DNA of 64,000 bases from Antedon mediterranea (lineage: Eukaryota > Animalia > Echinodermata): NCBI RefSeq assembly GCF_964355755.1, contig NC_092673.1, forward strand, positions 12,558,948 through 12,622,947, in the 5' to 3' direction. A program made the translations under genes and the position numbers. Position 1 is the stretch's first letter. Each line of letters begins with the position of its first letter. Below the pieces are notes generated by a model, which made no database searches, was not told the DNA's origin, and saw nothing but the letters and a program-made list of their open reading frames with translations. Shown in pieces: positions 50,151 to 63,018 of the stretch.

Positions 50151-50717
50151 TTAAGATTTCTTGTTTTGGTGATGAAATATGTGGACAGCATTAAAATCAT
50201 GTGTCCGATTTAGAAACATTTCGCTGGGTAATATAATTTCTTCTTTTACCAGTTCCGACCTCTTCCACTGAACCTCTTTATCCAGCAGATCTGTACCACA
50301 AATAACACTTAACCTTTTAATACAATCTAACTTATGGTACTTACTTTCTTCTGGTTTGGGGCACAATGTGTAATTATTTAAGGCATAGTGGTCATGAATA
50401 GTTGGCAATTGGTTAGCTGCTATGTGTGCATTTAAAGTGTTGAGTTTAAGCTGAATATTGGCACAATACTGGAAAATTGTTTGCATTTGCATGTTGTCCA
50501 CTAGTGCCATTTCAACCCTATATAGACGAACACTTTTTTTTCTCCAGTTTTTTGAGGCTGATGTTTGTTTTGTTGGTTTTCTTTTTGTTGAAGCAGCATC
50601 TCTATTTTTCGGGTTAAACGCAATTTTCAATTTGAACAGTAACATTGTTAATAAACATTTAAACAATAAAAAATTTTTTAATTTGATTTTTATCTCTCTT
50701 GACACAGTTCGTCGCAT
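50151..50717 (-). pseudogene. Sola2-like transposase Cys-rich N-terminal fragment
   Basis: YCANIQLKL...LCPKPEESKYHKLDCIKR...CG...VQWKR, paralogous to the 38250-38550 region. Confidence 0.55.
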
Positions 50718-50934
50718 TCAATAGAGCGCATGTCGTGTAAACGTTATCAATTTTCTTCCAATTTTCAATATGTTAATACCCAAACAATTCTCCATCAGAC
50801 ATATGAATGTTTTTTTGGAAATTTGAAAAGGTCATCATATTCAAACAATTGAATAAACATGAGTGGTGTAAAATAAATCTATCCATACTATTCTGTTCGT
50901 ACAATCATTGTAGTGTAGTGTTGCTACAAAATAT

Positions 50935-51190
50935 GATAATTGACAGTCATTAGTATAAATGGTAAACAGACTCAGGGAGAGAGCAACCCTGGGGTGCACC
51001 AGTGTAATTGTTTTTCTCTCCGAGATATCGCAGCACATGCATCTAATATGTGTCTCTTTGTGAAATAGAAATGTTACCGTTGTTGTAGTAGCGAACCTCG
51101 CCTCCTTTATTATTGTTGGTGCAGACCACCTTATCACCAATTGACAATGAAAATAGCTTTTCGCGTATTTCAGGACTTGCTTCATTTACA
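50935..51190 (-). pseudogene. Non-LTR RT fragment (Rex/L2-like)
   Basis: GAPQGCSL./.LFTIYTNDC with a frameshift. Confidence 0.6.
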
Positions 51191-52149
51191 TAAAATGGTT
51201 TTATTTCCTCAGGCACTCGCCTCCTTCAATCACCATGTATGTATGTGTTTTCTGAGCCTTTCTTTTTCCTCTCTTTAAAAGCTTCCACAATAAACAGTTT
51301 GCAAGTGCACTTCCCCATTTTGATGCATTAAACACAAAATATGAAGTGAAGTAAAGTTCATGTTTTCTCAACATGCAACTTAATTTATTGGAGTTTGTAG
51401 ATATCTAATCTACCCCATACTCCTGTGACTGACCCATTACAGTTCGCATGTCAATCTAATAAATGTTTAGATGATATCTAATAATCTTATTTTTGGAACA
51501 ACACGTTTTAATCAGTGACACATACAACAATGGTGCTTTGATCCATAAAATTATTAAAGAATACAATAATTAAATTAAAATATTTAAATACCAGAAAAAA
51601 ACATGTTCGAACACACAATAAATGTCTTTTGAAAGTTATATTGTTATAGATTTGTGTGCTTTCTAGGACCATATTTGTCCATGTAGGACATAATGAACTT
51701 TTGTAAATAAGTCACAAAAAATAAGATTAACCGAAGTACAGATAATCTTAAATGCTATGCCCAGGCCACGTTCATAGAACATAGGCATTTAATACGCTAC
51801 AACAGTTTAATGCAAATCTATTTCTTATTGTGATAGTTTTAGTATCAGGATGTCTCTTTAACAAATTTTAACTAACGTTGGATCGCCCCAGGTCTGTGTC
51901 CTTTCACTGTTACTCTACGTTTAGTAGTTTAAGTATGGATGTGCAGTGTCGAATTCAAAATATTTTTTTTTATTTAAAAAAAATTTGTATTATCAAATCA
52001 AATCACTTTATTTCGTCCTCAACAGGAAAATAATTTAAGTGCATTACATACTGTAGTATTACATTTAAAAATATATAATTTGTTTTTTCATTTTTTCATA
52101 TAATTATTCATAAATTTGTATTTGTTAAATGATACAGATATTATCTGAT

Positions 52150-53150
52150 ACAGCTCTTGTTACAGCAGCTTTTAGCACACCACCTATCACCGTCACAAGG
52201 GCCTTTACCGTGTTTAGATAAAAATAAATGGCGCTCCAGTATTGCCTTATGGTCTAATTTGGAAAAGGAGATATCACAGAAAGGACCTCGGAATTTGTAT
52301 TGGGAAGAAGCCCCATCAGTATACTGGAGAACACAGTGAATTACTGTTTTATAGATGATTCAGCATGGCTGTCATGAAGATTATCAGGCCTGATGAAATC
52401 CAAGTACTCTCTGACGTCCATCTGAAGTACATCACCATAATAACATTGTGGTCTGGAATGTTCTTCGTAATAAAGTTGTATTGGTCATGTTGCCATTGGG
52501 AATGGAATAGATGAGCGGTGAAAGGCTTTACATGTCCTAACAGCATATCTAGGATATTGATAGTCGTCGTTTTTGTCACAAGAACAGAGCTTTTTGCTCT
52601 TTGTCAAAAAAGAATCTTGATACTCCCATGTAATATTTGTGTCATTGGAGCGCTACATCAATGGTTTTTATTTGTCTGCCAAAAGAGATATTCCACAGTC
52701 TTTAACAATTCCGATCTATACATTTTAATTTTGGGTACTTTGATTGATGTGGACACAATGTGCTTTCAGCTACTTCAAACTTATCTTTAAGCCCATCAAT
52801 ATAAATTTTATATTTGCATAATGTTATGTGAATACCTTTTAATTTGAGACTTATATTGGTGCAGTATTCACATAAGCACTGAATAGTTGCCCAGTGTGCC
52901 TAGGTCTTCACTCTTGTTTTTTGTCGAATTCGAGTGAACCTAATAAAATCCCACCTTCTTATTAGGGTTTTCCTCTTTTCACTTTCGCCATAATTTATGT
53001 AGGCTCATTTGATCTACTCTCCTAGGTTCCAAGGAACAGCTAACAGACTTCTTGTCGGGCAACTCAAGAGAGTTGTCTGGTCTGCAGAGGAACTCTTTAA
53101 CGCTTGTAATTGTATGTTGGTCTGTACAATTACTTTTTCTTATGTATTGT
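52150..53150 (-). pseudogene. Third Sola2-like transposase relic
   Basis: CLCEYCTN, HLFHSQWQHDQY...VMYF, QYTDGASSQYKFRGPFCDIS and HGKGPCDG (52190-52215), with internal deletions. Confidence 0.7.
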
Positions 53151-53803
53151 ATTTACAGTGCGCCACCTTGTTTTTCTCTCAGAGTTAGTTTTGTTAGCGT
53201 TTTGTTTATTATTTATTTTCCACACACAAAATATATAACATAGTATTTAATTGGTAATAAACATCATTTAGATAAAAGAAAAAACAGACAAACTAGTTAA
53301 ATGTCTTATATAAACCAAGTCAAGTATAGTGTGTGTATGCAGACCAAAATAAGTTTGAAAACAAACTTTAAGGTATGGTCGCCATTTAAAAAATTGTCTA
53401 ATAATATTATAATAATAATATTACACACGGTTTCTTTGATATAAAACATTTGATGATAATTTAGGTATTGGTAAAAGTAAAGTTGAAGTTATATTAATGT
53501 ATTTATTTGAAATGGAAATAAAGTTGAGTGATTCTCAAAAGACAAAAAAGCTGCAAGCATCATCATATAGCCGCATGCTACTCATTAGCCTCTCGCGAAC
53601 CATATGACTGGATGTTGGGCCTCCTCTTGCGAATAGACGATGTTCGCCACCGCTCCACTGCCGGTTCTGGATTGAAGTTTCTTGGTTGTGGACCCTCTGT
53701 TGTCAAGTGTATCCAGACCAAGTTTCAATTGCCAGTCTCCCAAACAATGCTTAATATATGAGAATTGCCTTTTGACCTGCGATGAAGCTAGGACAAACTA
53801 ACA

Positions 53804-54908
53804 AATCATTAAAGGGAAGGTCAAACCTGACTTCTTTTGCCACTCAGGCTATTACAATACAATAATATAATCTATTATAAACAACATTGACTATATTTAA
53901 TAATCAGGTTTACAAGAAATTCGATGTTTATTACGACTACCTACACGAATTGAAAATCGCCATGTTGAGCGGGCTGTGACGTATGATACGTCATTTGAAA
54001 TCTACGCTTGGATGATCACCGTATAAGTAAATACAGTTTTTAAAATAAATCGACCCATTTAAAATGTTATTGAACGTTTGTTAAAGGCGGTTTTTAAAAT
54101 ATTTTTTGATGGAAATAAACTAAAATAGCACTAAAATGTGTAATACCAAAATAAAAAAATCATTTTTTCAACCGGAGACGCATTAATTTGGGTGGAAATC
54201 GAGACATATTTCGTCGGAATGAACGAATTTCGCTGATAGCTAAACAACCAACTACGCATGCGTTATGACCTATCTGCATGTTTTGTAACTCTCTCTGGCA
54301 TGGTTTACTACTGCTGTGAGCGTGTGTTGGGTACATGAGTCTTAATTTTGGTGTGTGTACTGCTGTCGATTGTCGTTTTTTATCAACTTTTCTCGCCAGA
54401 AAGAAAGTATGGAATCCCTTTGCGACAGTTATGGTTACGGGTGTGAGCCTGAATATATACAGAGATCGAATTAGTTGCTCGTAGCTTAAATAGAGACAGG
54501 TTAAACGAAATGGATAAAAATTCGCGTGTAAACCAGTCGGTTGATAAATGGTGTACATGCGGCCTGTGTGTAAGAATGTCCGTTGATGTTGAATGTATTT
54601 GCTGTAAAGAATTAGAGACTGGAAAACATGTAACCCTTTCTCATTGACGAACTTGATCTGTTTGTACAGCCGGTAGCTGTACAAAAGACCATTTTGCGGT
54701 TATACAATTAACTATTGGTGGTACTTCCAAAAAGAAACGAAGTAGAAAAAATCCCAACAACCTACCGAAGCCACCTGTAGCTGAGGCTTGGGACGACTCT
54801 TGTACAAAAGCTGTTGACGAACTCAAACACCATCTCACTATACCGCTCCTGTTCTCGGGTATCCAGATTTCACGCGTCCTTTTATCCTTGATCACCGTAT
54901 AAGTAAAT
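53804..54908. other. Chimeric insertion bounded by 15-bp direct repeats
   Basis: TAGGACAAACTAACA at 53789-803 and 54909-23, with an inner 20-bp direct repeat at 54013-32 and 54889-908. It contains a TTAA-AGGGAAGG Kolobok-like end and a Gypsy fragment. Confidence 0.75.
54690..54890 (+). pseudogene. Ty3/Gypsy pol (RT-RNase H connection) fragment
   Basis: WDDSCTKAVDELKHHLT/TAPVLGYPDFTRPFIL. Confidence 0.8.
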
Positions 54909-55739
54909 TAGGACAAACTAACAGAATTTGAATGATGTGGAGAACATTTGGATATAAATGTTCTTTTTGATTTAGAATTTTCTTCCACAGTGCAAGAAAT
55001 GTTTCCGTTTTCAAATTTCGAACAATGTCAAGTTTCATGATGCTGACCTTTTCCTTGTTGCGTACTTTTTAAAGTGTCCAACCCTGCTCTTTTCGTCACT
55101 ATTGCGCACAGAGGATAGACCCCATTTCTTAAAATTGTGAAACAAGGCTTTTTCTCATTAATACCGTTATTCGCCTTTCTGCGTTTGTTTTGATTTTCAT
55201 ATTGTCAAACTTTGTGATGTTCTTGGTGAAACTTCACATAATCAGTCGTATTCCCACCCGCATGTGATTGGTACCACCACTCCACAGTTCTTACTAGGTT
55301 CCTCCATAAAGACAACTTTTCGAACATCAATGAAACACATCTGTTGTCTTAAAAAAGTAACATTCAGTAGAAAAATTTTTATTTTCATTATTTTATAATT
55401 TATTCTTTGGAATCAATTGGGATTAGAAATTTAAAATGTCATCAGGAAGTTGGACTATTCCATTTTGAAATAGGTTATATTTTTTAACCAACGTCACTAG
55501 TATACGTACAGTACTGTACATTTAAAACCATGGGAAAATATAACGGCTGTCCTTAGATCGTGGGTGTGCTACAATGTACAGTATAATGCAATGCCTTTAA
55601 TTTTATTGTTAAAGTTTTTTCTGGACAACTTTAATAAAGTTAAACACAATATAAATTTACGTAACCTATATGTTTGGCATTGGTTAAATTGGGGTTTGTA
55701 ATTATTATAAACAATTATAAAAAAATCAATTCTTGGACC

Positions 55740-57602
55740 GGTTTGTGTCATGTACGAGATGATGTTCGCTACCCTAGATTTGAGCCTTGTCCACTCTGCT
55801 GAATAAAGCATTTTAAAGCATTTCTTTTTACGAAATATCTTACCTCTCCGTCTAAAAATGGCAGTTAGCAGTTGATAAAATTTGTTTACTTTACAGAATT
55901 CACTCATTGCAATATTTTCAGTTAAAAGTAATTTTTTTTTTATTGCAAACCAAATTGACAATAGTTAATAATGGGTAATTCAATGTCAAATCAACCAAGA
56001 ATTTGCATCAATCTCTCAGACTTTGTTAAAAAAAAAAAAAAAATTGCAATTTCGGTTGTGAATTTTACTACTTACTATGTAATGTATACCGAAATGGTAC
56101 TACTACTTACTATGTAAGTATGGGTTACTATAGGTTTTACCCATATACACTTATTAAATAAGTACATTAATAATTTAACATTTTTACAGTAAAAATTTAG
56201 CAATTTATCAAGGGTGCAAGTGATGGAAATACCAGACGTTTATCAGTAAAAAAGAGTAGGGGCGATTGGGCATGTAAGGAGTAAAAGACATCTCTCTTAC
56301 CTGCATGCCCATGTGCCGTGTTCCACGTACAAATCTGGCCATCTGTCCACAGTTACTTTCGAATGGAAAGCAACCAATGAACATAATGATCCAGCCTTCC
56401 TCACAGAGTCCACTAGGTGACAACAACAAGTGTTGTGGAGGTTAATGGTACAGCCTTCCTCACAGAGTCCACTAGGTGACAACAACAAGTGTTGTGGAGG
56501 TTAATGGTACAGCCTTCCTCACAGAGTCCACTAGGTGACAACAACAAGTGTTGTGGAGGTTAATGGTACAGCCTTCCTCACAGAGTCCACTAGGTGACAA
56601 CAACAAGTGTTGTGGAGGTTAATGGTCCAGCCTTCCTCACAGAGTCCACTAGGTGACAACAACAAGTGTTGTGGAGGTTAATGGTCCAGCCTTCCTCACA
56701 GAGTCCACTAGGTGACAACAACAAGTGTTGTGGAGGTTAATGGTACAGCCTTCCTCACAGAGTCCACTAGGTGACAACAACAAGTGTTGTGGAGGTTAAT
56801 GGTCCAGCCTTCCTCACAGAGTCCACTAGGTGACAACAACAAGTGTTGTGGAGGTTAATGGTCCAGCCTTCCTCATAGAGTCCACTAGGTGACAGCAAGT
56901 GTTGTGGAGGTTAATGGTACAGCCTTCCTCACAGAGTCCACTAGGTGACAACAACAAGTGTTGTGGAGGTTAATGTTACAGCCTTCCTCACAGAGTCCAC
57001 TAGGTGACAGCAAGTGTTGTGGAGGTTAATGGTCCAGCCTTCCTCACAGAGTCCACTAGGTGACAACAACAAGTGTTGTGGAGGTTAATGGTCCAGCCTT
57101 CCTCACAGAGTCCACTAGGTGACAACAACAAGTGTTGTGGAGGTTAATGGTACAGCCTTCCTCACAGAGTCCACTAGGTGACAACAACAAGTGTTGTGGA
57201 GGTTAATGGTACAGTTTTCCTTACCTGTTAAAATAAAAAAAGTAATAAATCATTAGATAAAGATAGTACTTTACAGTTATGAACTAGACTAATCGCTTTA
57301 ACATTTTGTTAAAAAACATTTCTTATTGTTTACAAAACAAAAACACCGTTTTTATATTAGCGTGCACTATTAAGAAAAAATCAATCAAATATCTTGCCAT
57401 ACCATATAAAGTTGTAAACAAACAGCTCAACTTCTGCAAAAGTATATTCACTGAAGCTAATTCTTCCTGTGTTATTTCTTCTCTTAATAAAGTGTAGATT
57501 GAAACAGAAAGCATCATGAAATGAACGTAATACTCCGAAGGCAACATTCCTTTAAGCACAAAACAGGAGTAGTACAGCAGGAAGACTCTGTATTCATAGA
57601 AG
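55740..57602 (-). pseudogene. EnSpm/CACTA transposase exons
   Basis: Exon 57602-57403 (EYRVFLLYYS..VLKGMLPSEYYVHFMMLS.SIYTL...LY) and exon 57224-56301 (GKENCTINLH..HLVDSVRKAG...CFPFESNCGQMARFVRGT), with GT-AG boundaries. Confidence 0.8.
56392..57211. repeat. Minisatellite, 14 x 59 bp (two 56-bp variants)
   Basis: Unit CAGCCTTCCTCACAGAGTCCACTAGGTGACAACAACAAGTGTTGTGGAGGTTAATGGT(A/C). Confidence 0.95.
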
Positions 57603-58857
57603 CTGTTTAAAAAAAAATATCACAGTACAGTAATTTGGCCAATAAAATTGTTTACCTTTGTGCGTAATAGTAGTGCTAGTAGTAATACACCATTTTGCCA
57701 CAGATCTGATATTGTTAATATTAGTAATTTCTGGTTTTATTCTTAGTTTTGTTTAGATGGGCATTTTGCAGACTTATTGTATCTTATAAAATGAGGCAAC
57801 TGTTCACATTTGATAAATTTTCAGGTTTATTTTAATTGTATACCAGGTAGCAAGATACCCTCGTAAACAACTTACTGAAAACAGTAACTAAAAAACACGG
57901 AAAAATAGAACCTACATAACAAATGTGTTGTGTAAATTATATAGAATTATCCCTATGTTTTGGAATATTATCTCATATTCGCATATCTCATCAACAAGTT
58001 AAAGTGTATTTATATTTTGTTATTTATTATATTATTTTAAAACAAGTATAATTATTATTTATTCAAAAACAACAAAAAACATTTTATTCCCACTAAAGAC
58101 CATTTCATGAGGTACCGGTAACCTCAGCCATGGTGCATTTATACACAAAGTACCTTTCAGTGGTTAGATAAAATGTTTATAGGGACAAACGAATATGCTA
58201 GTTAGCAATACAGTATAACTTCTCTAAAGCTATGTCTACATCATCAAAATTTATCAAAAAAGTATCAAATAAAATTTGATGAACTTTGATGAAACGTAAT
58301 TAACAAATCTGATTGGTTGGTATGACTGTGGTAGGAGACTGCATACAAATGAAATCACAGACAGGTTTTTTACTTCATTCGATACATATAATTTATTATC
58401 TGGAACATCAAGTCACATTCATACATACAGATGTTCAATATAGTTACGACAGTATCTGGATCATTTCACATTCATATATACAGATGTTCACTAATCAGCG
58501 TATACGAAGATTTAAGCACAAAACAACAATGTACAGGATTACAAATTCAGTCAAACCCAAACCAAAAACCCCTTGAGTCATCTGTCAAATAAATGGAAGT
58601 TCACCGGCTCCGAGCAAACCAATCTTAAATTCTTCATATCATATCTATCCATAAACCTATTACAATATCATAAAAGAATTCATCATTATTTACCTTATAC
58701 AGTAGGAAAATAACACTATCAATTACAAGAACGGCAACATTCCGCCGCCATGTTCTGTAACTAGCATACCTACAGTATGCACACACGTGTGAATGACCAT
58801 ACATCATAATAACCATAATAAACCACATATAATTTGTGGTACACCACGTAGGCCTAT

Positions 58858-61800
58858 TAGTCTGGTAGTTGAAGGGTTGAACCGGGAAAAAAATGGTACA
58901 AAGCAAATTTTTACATCGTTGGAAGCGCAATTTTATGGAGAATAACATATCCAAAATCGACAAAAATCCAACTTGGGGAAAATTTTTTAGACGCGTTTTA
59001 TTTTTATTTTGTCAATTTACTTAAAAAACCACTCTTACAGTCATTATAATCGTATATCTTGGAAACCGCTAACTGTAGAGTCTTTAATTTGGTCTCTAAT
59101 TGTTTGTTATGTACATATTTCTATTTGCTCTTACGAAATTCTTTGTCAAAAAATGGCGGGAAAGTTTATTTCTTGACATCTTGACCTTTGACCTCATATT
59201 TCGATATCTCAATAAATACTGAGTGTACAAATTTAAAATTGGTCTTAAATTGTTCGTAAAGTGAACATTTCTATTCATGCTAATGACAAGTTTTTAAAAT
59301 AAACGACATTAAAGAGGTCATTTTGAAACCATAAACTTGTATAATAACAATATAGATGGAAGATGGAACATTTTGAAATAAAATCGACTTAATTATAAAA
59401 TTAGGCCATACCATTCTTTTTCACTATTTTTCATCTGATTCATCAACAACCAATTCCTCTGAATTTTTGCAACTGTCCCCTCTGCAATCTCCACATGATG
59501 TTACGCATTTCAGTCCATTTTTACGACATGAACATAAATTTGTACCACATGGGTTGTTGGATGATAATTTGCACTTGCAACGAACAAACTTTAGTAAAGT
59601 GTCTGGTGTTGCAGCAGAATCTGACATGATTGGAGTTAGATGGGTTCCTTCGCATTTCCAACCCCATTGTAAAGGGTCCAAGTCAATATTTAGTTTTGAC
59701 CACACAAGTATCTGTAAATGTACCCGCAGACTATGGAAATATGCTGCTCTCTCTCAGTAGGTGGAAGTTTTTGAGGCTCAATAGATGATTTTGATGCTAC
59801 CATATCCATAAATTTAACATACCGTAAGTTGTTTAAAGATTCACAGTTTTTGCCACCGTAGATTATTTTGAATACTTCAAGTCCAGCTTTTCCAATATCT
59901 TCTGCTGTTGCACTCTCATCACTAATTGACTTGGATAACTGTTCCTTGGAACTACGAATTTTCTTCAGAAGATTAGTTTTTCCTTGGCCAAATATGGCAG
60001 ATGTCGTATCGCAGCCACTCCAAGCATGAGCGAATGACAAATGTGATGTTACATCATTGCCAGTATTCTTAACAAGATCACAACTTTTTTACAACTTTAG
60101 CTCTTTATTATATGACTGTTTCGCTTCAGTATATATCTGCCATAGTTGGGTTAAAGTGGTACAGTACATCAGCAACACAAGCACGTCTGTGTCATCGGCT
60201 ACGACATCAACAGTTTGCCCTTGCCGTGCGTACTCTAGAGCAAATGAAACAATCATTGTATCAGCATTTCCGGTACTTGTATGAACTACATGCCCATCTT
60301 TTTTGAGGTAGCAGCTTAACAATTCAATTAATTGACATTTATTTTTCTCATTCGATAGAAATAAGTGCTGATTACGATGTGCTTGCATTAATTCATTCAG
60401 TTGAATATCGGCGGATGTTCTTCCAACACGCCTTTGATGCTCATGGTCTTTTATTGATGGTCCCTTTTCATAACACAATGCATGAATCTCTTTTTATGAA
60501 ATTTTTTACGAACATAACTCACATACTGCATGGCTATATCTTTATATGTTGCCCCTTTTGCCCATTTAACTCTGTGTAAGAGCTCCTCCATCTAAAACAT
60601 ACATTGTATGTTGGTTTCGTGTAAGTGATTGTGTTCTGCTTCAGTTCTGATGGAATCAAATATTTCAAAAAAGTTTGTAAATGACGTGGTATCCACATTT
60701 TTCCTCGTTCAATATTGCCGATGTCTTCATTCATGGGATATGATTCAGTGTTGTACTTGCTTTCTCTTATTTCTGCTCGTAAGATAGTTGCTGCAGTACA
60801 TACAATTCGCTCTGATTCATCTTCAATGTTTTGTTTTCTCATTTCTTATGAACTAATACTTTACCAATTGGTGTGGACTTGGCACATTCAGTTAAATAAT
60901 TTAATCTAAATGTCCACGGTTTTTACTGAACCCAATCATGGTGAGAATTCCCTTTCTTGTTACATTGACTGGCACAACATCATACTCATACCAAGTGTAC
61001 ATATCACACAATGGTCTTCATATACATATATATTAGTCCATCTTTGACTTTTGTATTGATATCAAAAGTTATTCTCACTGTAGACCTATGATGTGTCTGA
61101 TCTTTTAGGCTCTACCAATATTTAAATGTAGCTTAACTAGACATTTTACACAAATTATATATATAAAGTATATAACTTAAACTGCTAATTAGATATTAAT
61201 AAATAATATTATTCATAAGATTTTGTTTAATACCTAACTTTCATAAAAAACAATGCTCAAAAAAGTTTTTCAGAAAATGAATAATTTAAAAAACGTAAAT
61301 GTATATTAACTTTTCTGATTGGACTAATAGATGAAGTTTGCATACAAAATACTAAATACACCAATCAGAATTAAGCTTACATTGCTAGCTAGGCAATGCC
61401 CTTAGGTTAAATCAAGGTCACATATTTACACTGTGTGTGATGATTGTGTGGTAAATCAGATTTCTTATTTAACTTTGTAAGTAGGCTATAACTACAAAAC
61501 TGAACACAAAATGTTTGAAGATTGGTAAACAAATAATCATGTTATTTAATATTTGTAGACATTTTAGGCAATGTACAATATAGTAAATAATTTGAGTAAA
61601 ACTAAGCTACTTGATACTCTAGGCCTAGGGCTAGGCCTAGTCACTGACTGTGCTAGATAGGCCTGGCCTGGCAATGCATTTCAGGTCCCTGTGCTAATTA
61701 CTAGGCCCGTAAAGGAGGCAGTAGAAAAACGTATCTAAAATGTTTTCCCCAAGCTGGATTTTTGTCGATTTTGGATATGTTGTTCTCCATAAAATTGCGC

Positions 61801-61877
61801 TTCTAATGATGTAAAAATTTGCTTTGTACCATTTTTTTCCGGGTAGGGTCTATATTTTTGGTTCAACTACCAGACTA
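58858..61877 (-). mobile_element. Academ (AcademX-type) transposon, internally deleted
   Basis: TIR starts TAGTCTGGTAGTTGAA and extends ~140 bp with one indel; 3-bp TSD TAT. Confidence 0.9.
59424..60842 (-). pseudogene. AcademX transposase relic: XPG/FEN-like nuclease plus CXC domain
   Basis: NADTMIV, VADDTDVLVLL, HAWSGCDTTSAIFGQGK, LPPT, PLQWGW and CKCK...CGTNLCSCRKNGLKCVTSCGDCRG. Frameshifted. Confidence 0.85.
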
Positions 61878-63018
61878 TATATTAGTTCTGAAAAGAACTG
61901 TTGAGTTGCTTGACGTTTCGATTTAGGCCTACTCCAAAGTCAAAGTCTCCAAAGCTATTCCATCAGAGAAGGGTATGTTCTGTATGTGGTTCTGTATGCT
62001 ATTTGTTAATAATGTACAAAAAATGAAATGAAAAATCATATTAATTATCGGTATGTACGGAGGAAGCTCGAACAAGACGAAGCGCAAAACAAATAAAAGC
62101 GCAGCGCGAAACATCTGAAATGATATACAATTTCTCAAAACATAAAAACACAGAATATATTATATTAATATAACTTTTTAATATTTCCAAAGGCTCGGAC
62201 AAGGAAGAAGGGCCTTAAAAAACTGAATTGCTATATGTTAGACCACATTTCCATAACTTTTCAAAACTCATCGAATCCTCTGCTAGTAGGCCTAATTAAT
62301 ATAGGGGCGTAACGCCAAATCATTAGAGAAAAAAAAACATGGCATGAAGATGTAATTAATCAAACAACGGCCAAAGAATACCAACAATTTTAATTTAGGT
62401 TTCGATTCGTAATTACTAATGTGGTGGACTAAGCCTAGTTTGAAACTATAGTGACCATTTATTTTAGAAAGAAAGATAGACAAATTTGTTTCCATCTCCA
62501 TGTTATTGTTAATACCAAGGCACTTTTCAATTAAAAATTCTGGCCTAGTATTCTTGCAAGGTCGTCACAGCTCCAGTTACAAAGGGCCCGTTCGGACGGG
62601 GCTGAAACTACCGTGTACTTCCAACTGTGAGGTCGCGTGTAGCAATTAACTTACGCCTCTGGCTATAAAAAATTAGAAAACCATCTGGACGAAAAATCCA
62701 CCAACTTTACTGGTTATTTCAATCCCATTCCAATTACACGCTGCCTCGGGGTATAATTAATCAAGCGTTAACGGGGTCATGTCAAATCGCGACCTCAAAT
62801 AAGCTTTCTGATTGTTTAGCAATTATTGTTTAAAATGTTCTTTTTCGTTAATGCGAATGTATATCTATTGTTTTGTAAAATCATATATAAATAATCAACT
62901 CGTTGGTTTTTTCCGGTGACCTGAACTTGCGAATCGGTGGCTTATAATGTACATGTATTGTAACGGCAGGGAGTTCTGTATTGTGGTAGCCTGGTGTCTG
63001 TGAATTACCACATCAACC

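Larger units (their letters stand above)
53600..55060 (-). pseudogene. hAT (ZNF862-like) transposase C-terminal relic split by an insertion
   Basis: FLALWKKIL...LYPNVLHIIQILLVCP | ASSQVKRQFSYIK...TEGPQPRNFNPEPAVERWRTSSIRKRRP. Confidence 0.75.

Noticed and set aside
54160-54684. 174-aa minus-strand ORF
   Set aside because: It has no recognisable motif and lies in a chimeric insert whose only identifiable coding piece is on the + strand.
56392-57211. Possible CRISPR array or repeat-protein gene
   Set aside because: There are no spacers, the 59-bp unit is not a multiple of 3, and it derives from a CACTA exon.
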